The notes beneath the pieces are model-generated. The model saw nothing but the letters and a program-made list of their open reading frames with translations, made no database searches and was not told where the DNA came from. From the NCBI GenBank assembly GCA_951406725.2, contig OX597817.1, positions 106,454,001-106,518,000 of the forward strand: a stretch of DNA of 64,000 nucleotides. The letters run 5' to 3'. This stretch comes from Octopus vulgaris. Lineage: Eukaryota. The translations under genes and the position numbers were made by a program. Numbering within the stretch: position 1 is the stretch's first letter; each line of letters begins with the position of its first letter. Below are positions 12,801 through 25,574 of this stretch, in pieces.

Positions 12801-14509
12801 ATGTATGTATGTGTGCGTGTGTAACTCTACGTTGTAGACATACAAACGTAGCAAATTAAACTATTTCTTCGAAGACTGAACAAAAATATGAACCGCCTTA
12901 ATCGATTTTGGAACCATATCAGGTTCTCATCAGGTATTTACATCACTTGAGGTTTCTAGGTCAGCATCTGATCAAAAGTGAAACATTTTTCAAGTTCTGA
13001 AGCGAAAGGCAAATTTTTTTGAATGCAGATTTGATGATGCTAGACATCATGGTAATAGCAATGAGAGAGCATCAGATATCAATCACTTTTAGCGACTTGG
13101 GGGCTGGTAGTTGCATTTTGCCGTTGTTGTTTTTTATACCCTGGTCAATCCTGATCGAGCACACTTTTTTCTCTTTTGAAGAGCTTTGGGGGTGAGTTAA
13201 AGGAGATTTGGTGGATATTTCTTGGAGATCGAGCGTCCACTTAGAAGTTGAATTGTTGGTTCGTAGTTGTATGTTGTTCATGTCAGGGAAAAGTGTAGCA
13301 CTGCAAGACTGATTCCTTGATACACTACAATCATATTAGATTTTTAAATATTGGTTCTTTACATTCAATCACCAGTATGCAACAGCACTGAACCTAGTTA
13401 CTTGGAAACTGGATCAGTTAAGGAACCCATATGTTGGAAGTTTATGGGATTTTTCTTTTGAAAATGGTAGGGATAGCCAATAAACTGGAAAATAGGATTT
13501 GAATGCTTTATTACATCTGGCTCCCTCTTTGTTTTCTGGCTCCTTCTCTCTCTCCTTATGTATGTATGTATGTATGTATGTATGTATGTATGTATGTATG
13601 TATGTATGTATTTATATGTATGTATGTATGTATGTGTGAGTAAACCTACGTAGTAAACATACATATAAACATAGTAAATTAAACTATTTCTCAGAAGTTT
13701 GAAAAAATGATAAACAGCTAGGTAGAGGCTAGTCGTGGTGGGATGAGGCTATAACCACCCCTCTGCACACTTATCATATAAAATAATATTAAAATAAGGT
13801 ATAAAATTTTTTACATCAGGTGAGAAAACTTGGTTTCATGGATAACGATAGTTGGGCAATAGTGACGTATCTGCAAGTAAAAGAACTGAATGATTAATGG
13901 TGCTCAGATACATCATAGTAGCCACCCATATTTGTCAATTGTGGGTGACTGATGAGGAGCTAGAAAAGAAAAAAATACTATTACTGTTTCATATTCAATT
14001 TGCAAATATAACGAACACTAGTGGGAAGTAAGTATAATATAACGAACACTAGTGGGAAGTAAGTAAATAATTAGTCTATTTTATGAATTGTTTGTAAAGG
14101 AAATTGCTATTTATTTTAGTTAATCAATTAACCCTTTCACATTTGAATTATTTCTTTGTACCGTAAAAATATTTTCATGGTTTAAAATAGCTCATGCAGT
14201 GGAATGGTAATAAAAGCACAATATTTCAACAGATAATAGTAATTGCTATAAAAGTTATTGTGTTAATTCACTAGACTTAGATTTAATGGAATAAATGCAA
14301 CAAATATTAGAATCTTTATATTGTGTTTTAGAGGTTAATTTACTAAAGCTTCATACTACGCTACTAAAGATATGAAAGGGTTTAAAATCTTTAATTTGAT
14401 AGATTAATGTGATAAAATAAAGGGTCTTGTAATTAAGTTGTTAAACTACAAAATTTCAAAATTAGTTCTATTCAACAATGACTAACTTTGTTACGAGAGA
14501 TTTCCATTG

Positions 14510-15920
14510 TGAAATATCACGAACATTATTTTCAATTAGTGTTGATGACTATACCGATGCATCCAACTTAGAATGATTTAATTAGCGTGTTCTTTGGTTA
14601 ACAAACGCTTGTTGGTCAATGAGGAACTTCTGCGGTTTTTTAATAGTTTGTTAGACATGGTCTTCAAGAATATTTTCCTTTACAATAGACTGAAAAACTG
14701 CAACCACATTTATCCAAATGTATGCTTTGAAGGAGAGAGCAACATGCTTGAGAAAAAATCTGGAGTGGTCAGGCATTTGGTAAAACCTCAACTAAAGGTT
14801 TTAACACTATATAGTCAAGCATATTCTTTATGTCTGAGTGTGAGGGAAGCTAGAACGCAATGTAAGATACAATTTGATATGGTGAGTGACAATAAGGAAT
14901 TTGTTGATTTAATCAAATGTTCACCTAAGAGGAAAAAACTATTTGGTGAGCTAAACAAAAGAACTTCAAAAGTCTGAAAGAAAATTGGTGTCTGGTCATA
15001 TCTTAAGATACACAATATGTGTTGAGTACGTTCAACGAATTCTGGAAAATTATTCGAATATTAGTACAGCTACAATTAAATACTGATGTTCGATGCCAAA
15101 ATGGAAACGCCTAGTTTCTACTTTGAAATAATCTCGGCCAATACTTGAACTCGTATACAAAGTCATTGCCAGCAGCTAAAACGTCGACGGGGGATGGCTG
15201 AAATTACTAAAAAAATTTTAAACGATATTAGGAATGAAGTTTCGTTTCACATCTTCTCTAATGGTATATTGTGAAAGGTAAGAGTCACATCATTACAACT
15301 CAGAACCTGTATTTCTACAGAAGTGAAAGGTAGCGAAAATTAATGTGAAATTGAAGAAGGTACATTTCTGTCTACACTATATGACTATTACAAACCTGTA
15401 TTTTGAAGCTGTAGATACGATATTTTCTTCTCTGGACTTTGATCAGACGAATTACAAGATATATTCAAGAGTGGAGATATTGATTCTAAAGGCAAACAGC
15501 AAAGAGAACAACTCAACAGAAAACACTTTCATTAAGGTAGGATATGCCGATGACATTGACATTAATTCTTTGATAGTTCAGATTTCTGCACTGGAAGTTT
15601 CTATGAGAAAGATCGTTACCATTTAAATGATATTGTACACTATCTGAATGAAAAAACAGCTGATGACTGTTATCAGGGATTTTTATAATTTGCCAATTTT
15701 TGCTTGGTAATTCCTGCAACATATCCCACGGCTGAAAGAACAATTTCTCTAAGCAAAACAATTAAAGCTATATCTTCTATCAGGATGATACAAGAGAGAT
15801 TGCATTCTCTTACTGTATTTTCGTATCACAATGAACGGACAGACAGAATATATCTGATTGCAGTTGTTGCGGAATTTGGTTCCCGAAATGAAAATAGCCC
15901 AAATAACTGCGGCAGATTCT
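14510..15920 (+). pseudogene. Decayed hAT transposase (ZMYM1-like family)
   Basis: FSISVDDYTDASNLE (first catalytic D region), IKCSPKR, and a C-terminal dimerisation motif VIPATYPTAERTISL...MIQERLHSL. Multiple stops. Confidence 0.75.
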
Positions 15921-16637
15921 GACTGGCAGGAAGGGAATAGAGTTGAATAATAAAGTTTTATAATTACAACTGTTTTCTCTTTTAGAATGGCATCCTATAA
16001 TTAAAATTTTACTATAAATACGTTCCAAATTTTAATCAACACCTGCCAATCCCCCCAGTTGGAAGAAAATACAGGTTATGATCGCAGAGAAATCATGTAT
16101 TTTTGCGTTTCTGTGGTTACGTTCGATATCATCTTATCACATTTTACAATCAAACACATAAATACGTGGAAAAAAAAACATGTTGACCGTCTTCACCACC
16201 TGTTAACAGACCAATATAAATTTTTATTACCTGCTCCCACCTAAAAATACTTGAGCAGTGCGTGTTTACTACGAGCTTATGTCTCAGTGTTTCTAATGTG
16301 GGGCATGCACCACACCCTTGTGACGTGAGACTCCAGAATAGAGTGTAAGAGGTGATAACACCTGCAATAAAGTTTTTATTAAAACTTTTTTGTGCACACT
16401 CACACACACACACACAAATGTACGCGCGCGTGTGTGTGTAAGACAACGAAGAAAATAAGATGTCAGTATAACAAGTAAAATCGAATTAAACTTGGTGTCA
16501 AGAAAAAAAAACTGGTTGTTGTTGAGTATATCAATATTATCATTGTAGTAGACTTCTGCTGAAGGGTTTATTTCATCTTAACTAGGTCGTTACCCGGCAG
16601 CGTAGCGACGATATTCGACTAGTATCGATTATAATTA

Positions 16638-16858
16638 AGGTAGCGAGCTGGCAGAATCGTTAGCACGCTGGACAAAATACTTAGCGGTATTTCGCCCGTC
16701 TTTACGTTCTAAGTTCAAATTCTGCCGAGGCTGACTTTGCTTTTCATCCTTTCGGAGTCGATAAAATAAGTACCTTTGAGCACTGGAGTCGATGCAATGG
16801 ACTTACCCGCCCCCGACCTCCAAAAATTGCTGGCTTTGTACCAAAATTTGAAACTAAT
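16638..16858 (+). mobile_element. tRNA-like SINE family B, standard tail
   Basis: Head GCGAGCTGGCAGAATCGTTAGCAC, B-box-like GTTCAAATTC, central CTTTCATCCTTTCGGRGTCGATAAA..AGTACC domain and tail ...GTACCAAAATTTGAAAC. Confidence 0.85.
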
Positions 16859-17069
16859 ATTGATTACAATTGTTTTAGTACCATTCTGCTTAGAACCACA
16901 TTGCATATAGATGATTATGTGTGGTAAATTATAAAAGAACTGTATTAAAGATGGTGAACTGGCGGAATTGTTAGCACGTCGGACAAAAGGCTTTGCAACA
17001 TTTCTTCTGACTCGTTATGTCCTGAGCTCATATCCCACAGAGATCAACTTTGCTTTTCATCCCTTCAGA

Positions 17070-17900
17070 TCAGCACTTGGAACGGCTGATCCTTGCCTCC
17101 TGACAGCATTCTTGAGCGTTGGACAGACGGGCCAGTTAAATTGCTTGAGGTCTGGTTTGTCCCACAACGCCAGCTGGACAAGAACTAGGGCGAGCATATT
17201 GGCCAATATCATCCAGAAAGAGACCGAGTGGAAGCTGTTTCTGGAGGGAAGGGTGGGAATAGTGAATGCCTACATTAAATGCGCCATCTACCACTGCCTG
17301 ACTGACATGCCATGCCCTGCTGAATGACTGACCAGATTGGAGCGCCCGCTCTTCAACTTTCTGTGGAGGGTACAGGTTCTGTTGATAAGACGAACCATTT
17401 GCTCTCAACATCCGCTGCGTGGAGGACTGAGCATGTCATGGATAATGATGCGCAGACATGTACAGAGGTTGCAACATGTCCAGTGTTTCTTGACGGTGAG
17501 TAGGTGTGGTTGCTGTTTGTTAGACTCACTTTCACGGCTTGTCTCTTGTCTGGCAGGGAAAGTGGTGTCAGCTACTCACAGCCCTATGTCATTCGATCAA
17601 TGCAGTCGGTAGAAGCTCCACTATGACCTTCTACGGGGAATTAGCGGCCAGCAGGTGTCATGACGTTCTTGGAGAGACACTGGGTGTCGACGGGAATCAA
17701 ATGACTGGTCTGTTCTGAAGGACTTTCAGTCCAAGGCCCCTAGATAATTTCCAGAAATCCCTGGCTCAGCAGTGCTACCGGAGGACATTGCTAGTTCTGG
17801 ATAAACTCTGCAAGCATGGTGGTGTTGTCAACAGCGCCTGCCTGAGATGCATACACAGAGCGACGAAATCGTCATGCATGCGCTCGTACAGTGTCTAAGC
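17070..17900 (+). mobile_element. Tx1/L1-clade LINE fragment (post-RT region and Zn knuckle)
   Basis: WKLFLEGRVGIVNAYI, LFNFLWR, CSQHPLRGGL and C-x2-C...ivmHalvqC. Homologous to 20550-21230; begins directly after a SINE head at 16950-17070. Confidence 0.75.
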
Positions 17901-17959
17901 TCTACTAAAATATAAACAGTGTATCTGGTTTAAATATGTTAAAGACAAATTACAATTAC

Positions 17960-18250
17960 TGAAAACACCCAGTGTCCCCATATCACCCTTTACATTGCCC
18001 CTTCAGAGCTCACAAAGCACCGAAGGGTGCATTTAGTTTAAAAATCAGTGACCTAAATGATAATCTGCTCTACATAAATACCACTTTTATTTAACATCAC
18101 GATCACTGAAAACACCCTTAACATTGCCCCTTGTGAGCAAACAAAGCACCCAGTTTATGAACTAATGACTTAAAAGCACCCAGTTTATGAACCAATGACC
18201 TAAAAGGTAATCTATTTTACATAAATACCTCTTACATTTAACAACAATCA
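17960..18250 (+). repeat. Two ~145-bp tandem units with an internal ~29-bp duplication
   Basis: TGAAAACACCC...ACATTGCCCCTT...CAAAGCACC...TACATAAATACC occurs twice; AAAGCACCCAGTTTATGAAC occurs twice in the second unit. Confidence 0.75.
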
Positions 18251-18829
18251 GATGATAACTTTACAATTTACAGAATGTCTGGTATCGCATTACATAGGCA
18301 GGTCTCGCTAGAATATTTGTCTGTCATAGGATCAGGTTACACTTATACCTGTGTTTCACTAATGAAGACGTAGAGAATCAAGTATATCAAATCGTACAAG
18401 TAACAGCCTGCTGCTTGTGCCTGGAACTTCACAGGCAGTGAAAGAAGCATCACTTGACTGGATATCCATTCACACAAATCATATGTAAACCTTAATCTAT
18501 GGGATGACGAATACTTGTGTCCATAGCAACAAGAACTTGAAATCTAGTACTATTCTACTGTATACTGTATACTTTCATATCTGTATACTTTCATATATCT
18601 GAATATCTGTATACTTTCATATAATTTTCAAAAAGAACTGAATCCTAGGTATTTTACTGCAAATCTGAAGAGAAGCGGAGGAATTAGACTGGGTGTTGTA
18701 CATGCCATTTACGAGAACATTGCGCTAATATGTAATGGAACTTATTTCAACAAGTAATCGAAAGCTAGTCAACAGACTTCGATCCTTTGAGTGTTTTGCT
18801 CGTGCTTGTACGCTATTTAAACGATACTG

Positions 18830-19053
18830 ATCCATGGGCTAAGTCTGCGTAGTTGCTAGGTCTGCTAGAAATTGCAACCACAGTTACCTCAAATTACACA
18901 TTGGATGCCAAAGTAAATACGTGTAATATACTGGACTGGGAAATGGGTAGTCCTAAAAACACAATGCTCGAGCAAAGGGTGGAATGGTCATTGCTGGAAC
19001 GTCTTCAATCCTAGATCTGCACAATCATGACTAAATGGGACTAAACAGCAACA
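18830..19053 (+). mobile_element. Ancient ~230-bp repeat family C (representative copy)
   Basis: Motifs CTGCTAGAAATAGCAGCCAAAT, GATGGTCA-GGCTGGAATGCCTTTGATC and GCTAAACAACAAC recur at about 5730, 22140, 22810, 26510, 34950, 42340-43520 (several), 49260, 58510, 60000 and 61550. Confidence 0.65.
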
Positions 19054-19322
19054 AAATACAGGACTCGCCCGCGCAACAGGAGCCATACGTTCCTAAAAAT
19101 CTTGTAACGAGAAAGCTTGTAATGTGCTATTACTTTTCCCACTAAGTGTCATATTATAAATTGAGAATGCATTTCGCCAGAGAAAAAAACGAGCAATACA
19201 ATCGCTTTTATGAATGGAAATTATAATTTCTAAGCATACACAGTATAATATGGATAAATAAAAACATTTGAAGAGAAATACATTAAGGAATAAATGAGAA
19301 TCGTAATAGTGCAATTGGGCAA

Positions 19323-19657
19323 AGCGGCGAGCTGGCAGAATCGTTGGCACGCCGGGCAAAATGCTTAGCGGCATTTCGTCTGAGTTCAGATTCCTCCGAG
19401 GTCAACTGATACATAATTTATCGACCCCGAAAGGATGAAAGGCAAAGTCGATCTCGGCGGAATTTGAACTCAGAACATAACGGCAGACGAAATACCTATT
19501 TCTTTATTACCCACAAGGGGCTAAACATAGAGGAGACAAACATGGACAGACATAGGTATTAAGTCGATTATATCGACCCCAGTGCTTAACTGGTACTTAA
19601 TTTATCGACCCCGAAAGGATGAAAGGCAAAGTCGACCTCGGCGGAATTTGAACTCAC
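19323..19657. mobile_element. SINE family B cluster: + head followed by inverted tandem bodies with LINE-like tail
   Basis: 19323-19410 on +; 19410-19657 on the minus strand reads body, LINE-like tail, GGTATTTCGTC, body. Confidence 0.85.
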
Positions 19658-19879
19658 ATATGTATTGTATTGTAGATATATTCTACTTACACATAATCAG
19701 AAGGTTCATTTAAGTTCACTGGGTGGCCTGGGGCATTGTCTAAAATGAGCAATGCTTCACTGGAAATATGTCTGGCGCTCTGTAGTTGGACGAAAGTGTG
19801 TATGACCACTCTTCGAAAAGGCTCTTAATCATCTATGCCTTCTCGAGACGGATACAACTTTGCATAACTCTTGAAAATC

Positions 19880-21790
19880 CTTGGGTTTTCAGAATGATTC
19901 ACGGGTAGGCTGATCGTCATGGACTTGACGTTCAGCTGTAGTAAGACTATCAGACTGGTTGCAATTTATGCACCCAATTCAACTGGGTAAAGTGGGTATT
20001 TTCGTGACCTGGAAAAGTTTCTGGGTACGTCATATTCACTAGTTTTGCTAGGAGACTATAACACAATCTGCGATACGCGCGTGAATTATGTTAGCTCATA
20101 CACAGACAGGAAAGGTAACTCTTGCCTCCAGGATCTGCTAAGTCGCTTTCAGCTAGCAGATCCATATAGACTGGAATTTCCGAACGCTCCATTGTGGACA
20201 TGGTCAAGCAGCGACAGGTCCTCCAGGTCATACTTAGATAGAATTTTTGTTAGAAAAGTAGATAGAAATATAGCTAAGTGTCCATAGTTCCACCTGGTCA
20301 GCTACAGTGATCACAAGCTTGTCACCTGTAAGCTTGACATAAATAAGCTATATAGTAGAGGTTCCGGCTACTGGAAGCTTAATACATCCTTTTTGGCGAT
20401 TGAGGAGTACAGAAACCGGATTAAGTTGTTAATACAAAGGGCATTATTAATAACAAATGGTGGTGTGCTCACAAACGAGCCATTAAATTTGCGTCTATTA
20501 GATATAGCATAGGTTTAGTGGCTAGAGAGAGTCTTAGCAGTGGCTACCCCTGAAAGGGAGGGCGGGGGTAGCCAATGTGTTTATCGCATCGGTCACCATT
20601 TACCGCCTAACCGTCGTTCCTTGCCCTGATTCGTGGTTAATCAAGCTGGAAAAACAGCTCCTCCACTTCATGTGGAGGGGATCGAAACCGCTTGTGAAAC
20701 GCTCTATTTCCTGCCAAGAACCGTTAAAGGGTGGACTACGGGTGCCTTGGATGTTGATGCGCACTGAGGTTGAGGCATCTGTGGTTTCACTTGGATGGTG
20801 AACGGGTGTGGTCTCCGCTAGTTCACTAGTTTCAGTGTACGGGAAACCTGGTTCTATCGTAGATCGAAGTTGGGTACATGGTTTACGGAGTGCCGTAAGG
20901 CTCTCCTGCTATTCTGTTGCTCGGGTTATGCCAGCGGTAGTGGTTCAACCGCATGTTTCTATAGAGGGTTGGTAGAGTCGGAATGTGACGATACCTTAGG
21001 GGAACCCTAGGTCTCGATGATAATCAGCTGGCCAGTCTGTTACAACGTACATTCGGGCCGAAGACCCTGGATAACTTTCAGAAGCCTCTGGCTTGGCAGT
21101 GTTACCGAGGAGCCTTGCCTATTCGAAATGAGCTCACAAGACGGTTGCCACGGCCCGTCGACCTGTCTAATATGCGGGCAAGACAGGGAAACCGTCCTGC
21201 ATGCTATTGTTCAGTGCTCGGAAGTGTGGGCTTATGTTGAACAACTATTGTCGAGTACAAGAAGAGTACAGCTGTCGTCTGAGTCAATTCTAAAAATTGA
21301 CCCACCTGTTTCCTTATCGAAAGAGGGTAAGAATTGTTTTCTCGTAGTAGTAGCAATTGCGAAAGAGGTGGCATGGAAGACTAGAGTGAAAGGACTGAAG
21401 ACAAGTAGCTTCATCTCTGGCCCTGCACTGGTGAATTTGTTCACTTTTCACCTGAAGAGAAAAATAGGGCTAGAGAGAAAATGCCTGTCGGCGAAAATGT
21501 TCACTAGTCGACGGATGAATGTAGCACGGATGTTGCGAATGAATGTAACCACATGAATACGATAAAGGACTTACCCCAGGTATCAGTGGCGAAACGGGGT
21601 TTGCAGGGTCCAAGCCGAACCCGTCTCCCCAACCCATTTGCGTTGTCTTATGTTGTTGTCCTATCATCCGATTTTATACTTATTGTAATTTTTAAACGCA
21701 TTTTATATGTTGTTCTCATTTGTGTGTCAGACCCAAATCAGATTGTATTGTCCCCTCTATGTTGGCCCCTTGTGGGCAATAAAAAATTAA
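19880..21790 (+). mobile_element. Internally deleted Tx1/L1-clade LINE with intact 3' end
   Basis: APE motifs GRLIVMD, IYAPN, LGDYN, SYLDRIFV, SDHK and YWKLNTS, then a jump near 20548 to the post-RT region. Zn knuckle CLICGQDRETVLHAIVQC; 3' UTR ends in a stem-loop plus AATAAA. Confidence 0.85.
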
Positions 21791-21849
21791 TTAACTCATT
21801 TTCTCTTCCCATCAAATCGACATTAGGTGTTCAGATGAACGGTGTGCTC

Positions 21850-21990
21850 ACACACCAGATGAAATTATCGCAGCGCAACGTGAAACGAAGTGTTTTACTC
21901 AAGAACATAACGCACCACCCTGTCCAGGAATCAAACCCACAATCTCGCGATCAAAAGTGCAACACTCTAACCACTAGGTCGCGCGCTCTC
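21850..21990 (-). mobile_element. tRNA-headed SINE family E fragment
   Basis: Minus strand CCTAGTGGTTAGAGTG...GGTTTGATTCC (A/B boxes) then TTCTTGAGTAAAACACTT; homologous copy at about 62440-62640. Confidence 0.65.
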
Positions 21991-24053
21991 AAAAGTAACA
22001 CATATACACACGCGCGCATACATATTGTATCAAAAGCAACAATCTATTTGCTCTTATTGTTTATTCCCAAGTCAGGTGTAACCAACCCATCTGCTTCTAT
22101 ATGAGAGACTATATTATTCTATGTGTTCTCTGATTAAGACTATAGGGTGTAATGTGAGCCAGATTTTTACTGCTATTTCAAGAAGGTCAAGCGACCGCGT
22201 AGAAGCTCCTTTGTTAACTGGTAATAATGTATTTTGTTTCTGTTCTTGTTCTCGTTTAAATCTCATGAAACAAAAAATCACAAATATTCTAGTTATTACA
22301 GACATGATCTAGTTTTGCAACAGACGAAATAATTTTACTGTAAAACCCGAGACAAGTCGCCGACGTTTAACTTAACTATATCTTTATACTTTCGTATAGA
22401 ATTGCTCTAGTAAATTACTTTTCTCTATTTTCATATGCTTTCTTTTTCCGGGTGAGAAACTGTTGTAGGGGTGGGATAAGAGGCGTTACTAAAAACCTTA
22501 CCTTACCAGCTTTGTCCTGCTTTAAAAGCAGTTTCTTAACAGGTGAAAAGAACATCTGCTGCACTAAAAATAACGCATGTCTTTGTCAAGATTTTGAGCA
22601 GATGGTTGAAATATTAACAATTATCACTGTGTGCTGATAAACACCAAAACGACCGCCCCTCCATCTTGAAGTGTTATGAAACATACAAAAAAAAACAGTA
22701 TTCCAGTGGTATACATTACTTGATGGTATGCCATTGCTGAATAAGTAATACGTTAGTTGATAGTGTGATGAATTTGTATACAAGTACTTGCTGCATTATA
22801 ATGTATAAATAAACGCACTGAAGCAACAGGCGAGCCTCTAGTTGTTTGTCTTAATAAAAATAACAGGTCAAACTTCTTTAAATCTCATTTTGCTTTAAAA
22901 AAAATTCCTTGGATAATGTAGTTCTAGATATATTTTTAAACAAAAACATGAGATAGTAACGTTTTAAATGTATTTGATCAAAGGCCAGCAAAATGATAGT
23001 TCATCTGAGGTTAATCAGCTGTAATATAATACATAACTATTGTATACAATATAATAAATACATAACTATTGTAGCACTTGATGATATAATAGCATATAAG
23101 TGATGTTTATTTTTATCATTATATAAATAATCATTACTTCATGATATAAATAATTGCTACTGAAAAGCCGTCCTATCGAGGGGCTTTTCAGGAAATTTTT
23201 GTGAACTTCTATTCCACACACGGGAATTCATACGATTATGTAACCCCCACCCAAAAAAAGCGAAAAGAAAAAAATTGGGGCGTGATTTATGGCCTATTTA
23301 GCTATTATTTCTCGCACACTTCATATCTCGTGTGTTTTAAGCATTTAATTGGGAAAAAATGACCACATGAATAAGCAGCTTGGTAACAGCTTGGCATGTT
23401 ACACTGAAAATAGGTATCTATATGTCTATGACTTTCGATTGGCTAAAATTACCTACAATTTGCAAACTTTAAAAGCTATTAACACTTTATTTATTTGATT
23501 TATAGTGAAAATGAATTTCATACCAATGATTACCATACAAAACTACATCATTACACCAAATATGAAATCAATTGGAAAAAAAAATTGAAGAAATTGAAAA
23601 CTGGCAGCCAAACAGAAAAGATCTGCACAGTGTTTTGCTCAAGAATACAACGCACTGCCCTGTTCGAAAATCGAAACTATAATGGTGCGGTTGTGAGTAC
23701 AACACTTTAACCACTAAAAATACAATAATTAAATTCAGTGGCACAGTGTGGGTTTTGTTGACCTTCCCCTTCCTTAAAAGTAACATAGCTTCAACATCTG
23801 TTTGCTCACTGTCCCAAGAGGCCGCGCTGTGAGGTTCATACATCCCACACACTTACGCTATGCCACTGGCTGAGTTAATAAGTTTAACTGAAAACTCACT
23901 TGTTTTCCCGTGAGGAAGGTGCCTATTTATTCTCTAAACAATTTTATTTTTCTACTCCAACCGGTGTTCACTCTTTTGCATTCACTTAGTGATATTTTTA
24001 TCACTACTTCGCCAAGTACGGTGAAGTTTATACTTTGCTAATGAGGTAATAAT

Positions 24054-24270
24054 GGTTTCAAATTTTGGCACAAGACCAACAATCTTAGGCGTGGGGGCGT
24101 AAGTCGATTACATTGACCCCCAGTGTTCAATTGGTATTTATTTTATCGATCCTGAAAGGATAACAGACAATGTCGATATCGGCGGTATTTAAACTCAAAA
24201 TGTAAAGACGGATGAAATGCCAGTAAGCATATCGCCCGGCGTGACAACAATCTGCCAACTCGCCACCTTC
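24054..24270 (-). mobile_element. SINE family B copy with 17-bp target-site duplication
   Basis: GCTAATGAGGTAATAAT at 24037-24053 and at 24271-24287 flanks the element. Confidence 0.88.
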
Positions 24271-25574
24271 GCTAATGAGGTAATAATAAGACCGTAATCT
24301 ATTTGAACTTACCTATTTCACTTGCTAAAATATAATATTAGTTAATGACTAGTATTGGTTTTGTTTACTCACCGCATAGTTATTTCTAGCTTTTTAATGC
24401 ATTGAATAGGTTAAATATTGTAAGTATAGTACTTTTACATTATTTGAAATTATGAGTTACTATTTAAGAACTGTGCTATACGCAACAATGACTAAATTAT
24501 TTATAAAGGCATTTGAAATGTTAAACAGACATATTTCAATTAAATGTGAATTTATATAAGTATATGAGTTAAATGTTGTAAAACCACTTTTACTGCACAC
24601 CAAGTTGATATTTTAGCCGAATGTTCAGTTATATTAAAAAGTCTAAACATTTTTAAATTAGAAATTTTTTTATTTTCATTTCAATTGGCATTTTGTTTTA
24701 TGAAAACGGGGGCAATTTTTTTTTTTTTTAAATATTCACACACAATATTCAGTTAAGGCATTGTCTAATGTCCTTGATTCTTATTACTACAAGTTCTAGT
24801 AATGCAATCAGATGACACATATATTTCAGAAAGTTACTGACCGATTTGCTAAAAGTAAAATAATCTTAAAACAATAGCTACCTTCAACAGATATGACTAG
24901 GAAAAAAACAATCTGCTTGGAGATGTCAACTTACATTTAAGCGATTTCAACACGGAATCAGAAGCAGGGAACACACTTTCTCTCTCATAACATCACCCCA
25001 CTTATTTTGTTAACAATTCTACTGCTCTTGATATTCAAATAACGAAATTTTAAGTCCGATGTTGAATTCTCCCACCGAATAGTAGTTATTTATTTCATTT
25101 AGGGAACATCCTGAATCCAAGGAAACTGGTGAACGCTCGCATCCGCAATAACGGTAATGGGGCATTTTTTCGCTATGAATATATAAATTGGTCACCAAAA
25201 TAATTGAAAAGGATTACAGTGAAGGTATTAATAATCTCTAATAATCGGCAGTGAAAGCGGCAATAAAAGCGGAAGGATCTATATTTTCCGTGAAATTCCT
25301 AATAATGAGTGTATTTGTAATCTGACGTAAAGCGGTAGATTGGCAGTATTATTTTCGGCTCTTTACGTTCCGAGTTCAAATCTCGCTGAGGTTGACGTTA
25401 GCCTTCATCCTTCCGGGACCGATAAAATAAAGTATCAAACAATTACTGAGAGGATGTAATCGTCTGTTTTCTTTCCCCTATGTTTCTAACCTTGTGCCTA
25501 TTTCCTCCATACTCGCCGAAATAGAGATGAGAGAATCCCTGCGTAAATGTTCCAATATTGTATACAGATCGAGA

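Noticed and set aside
14005-14065. Two 30-bp direct repeats, superficially CRISPR-like
   Set aside because: Only two adjacent copies with no spacer and no cas genes; simple tandem duplication.
23160-23192. CTGAAAAGCC...GGCTTTTCAG hairpin resembling a bacterial terminator
   Set aside because: Eukaryotic context with no upstream gene; likely part of a decayed repeat.
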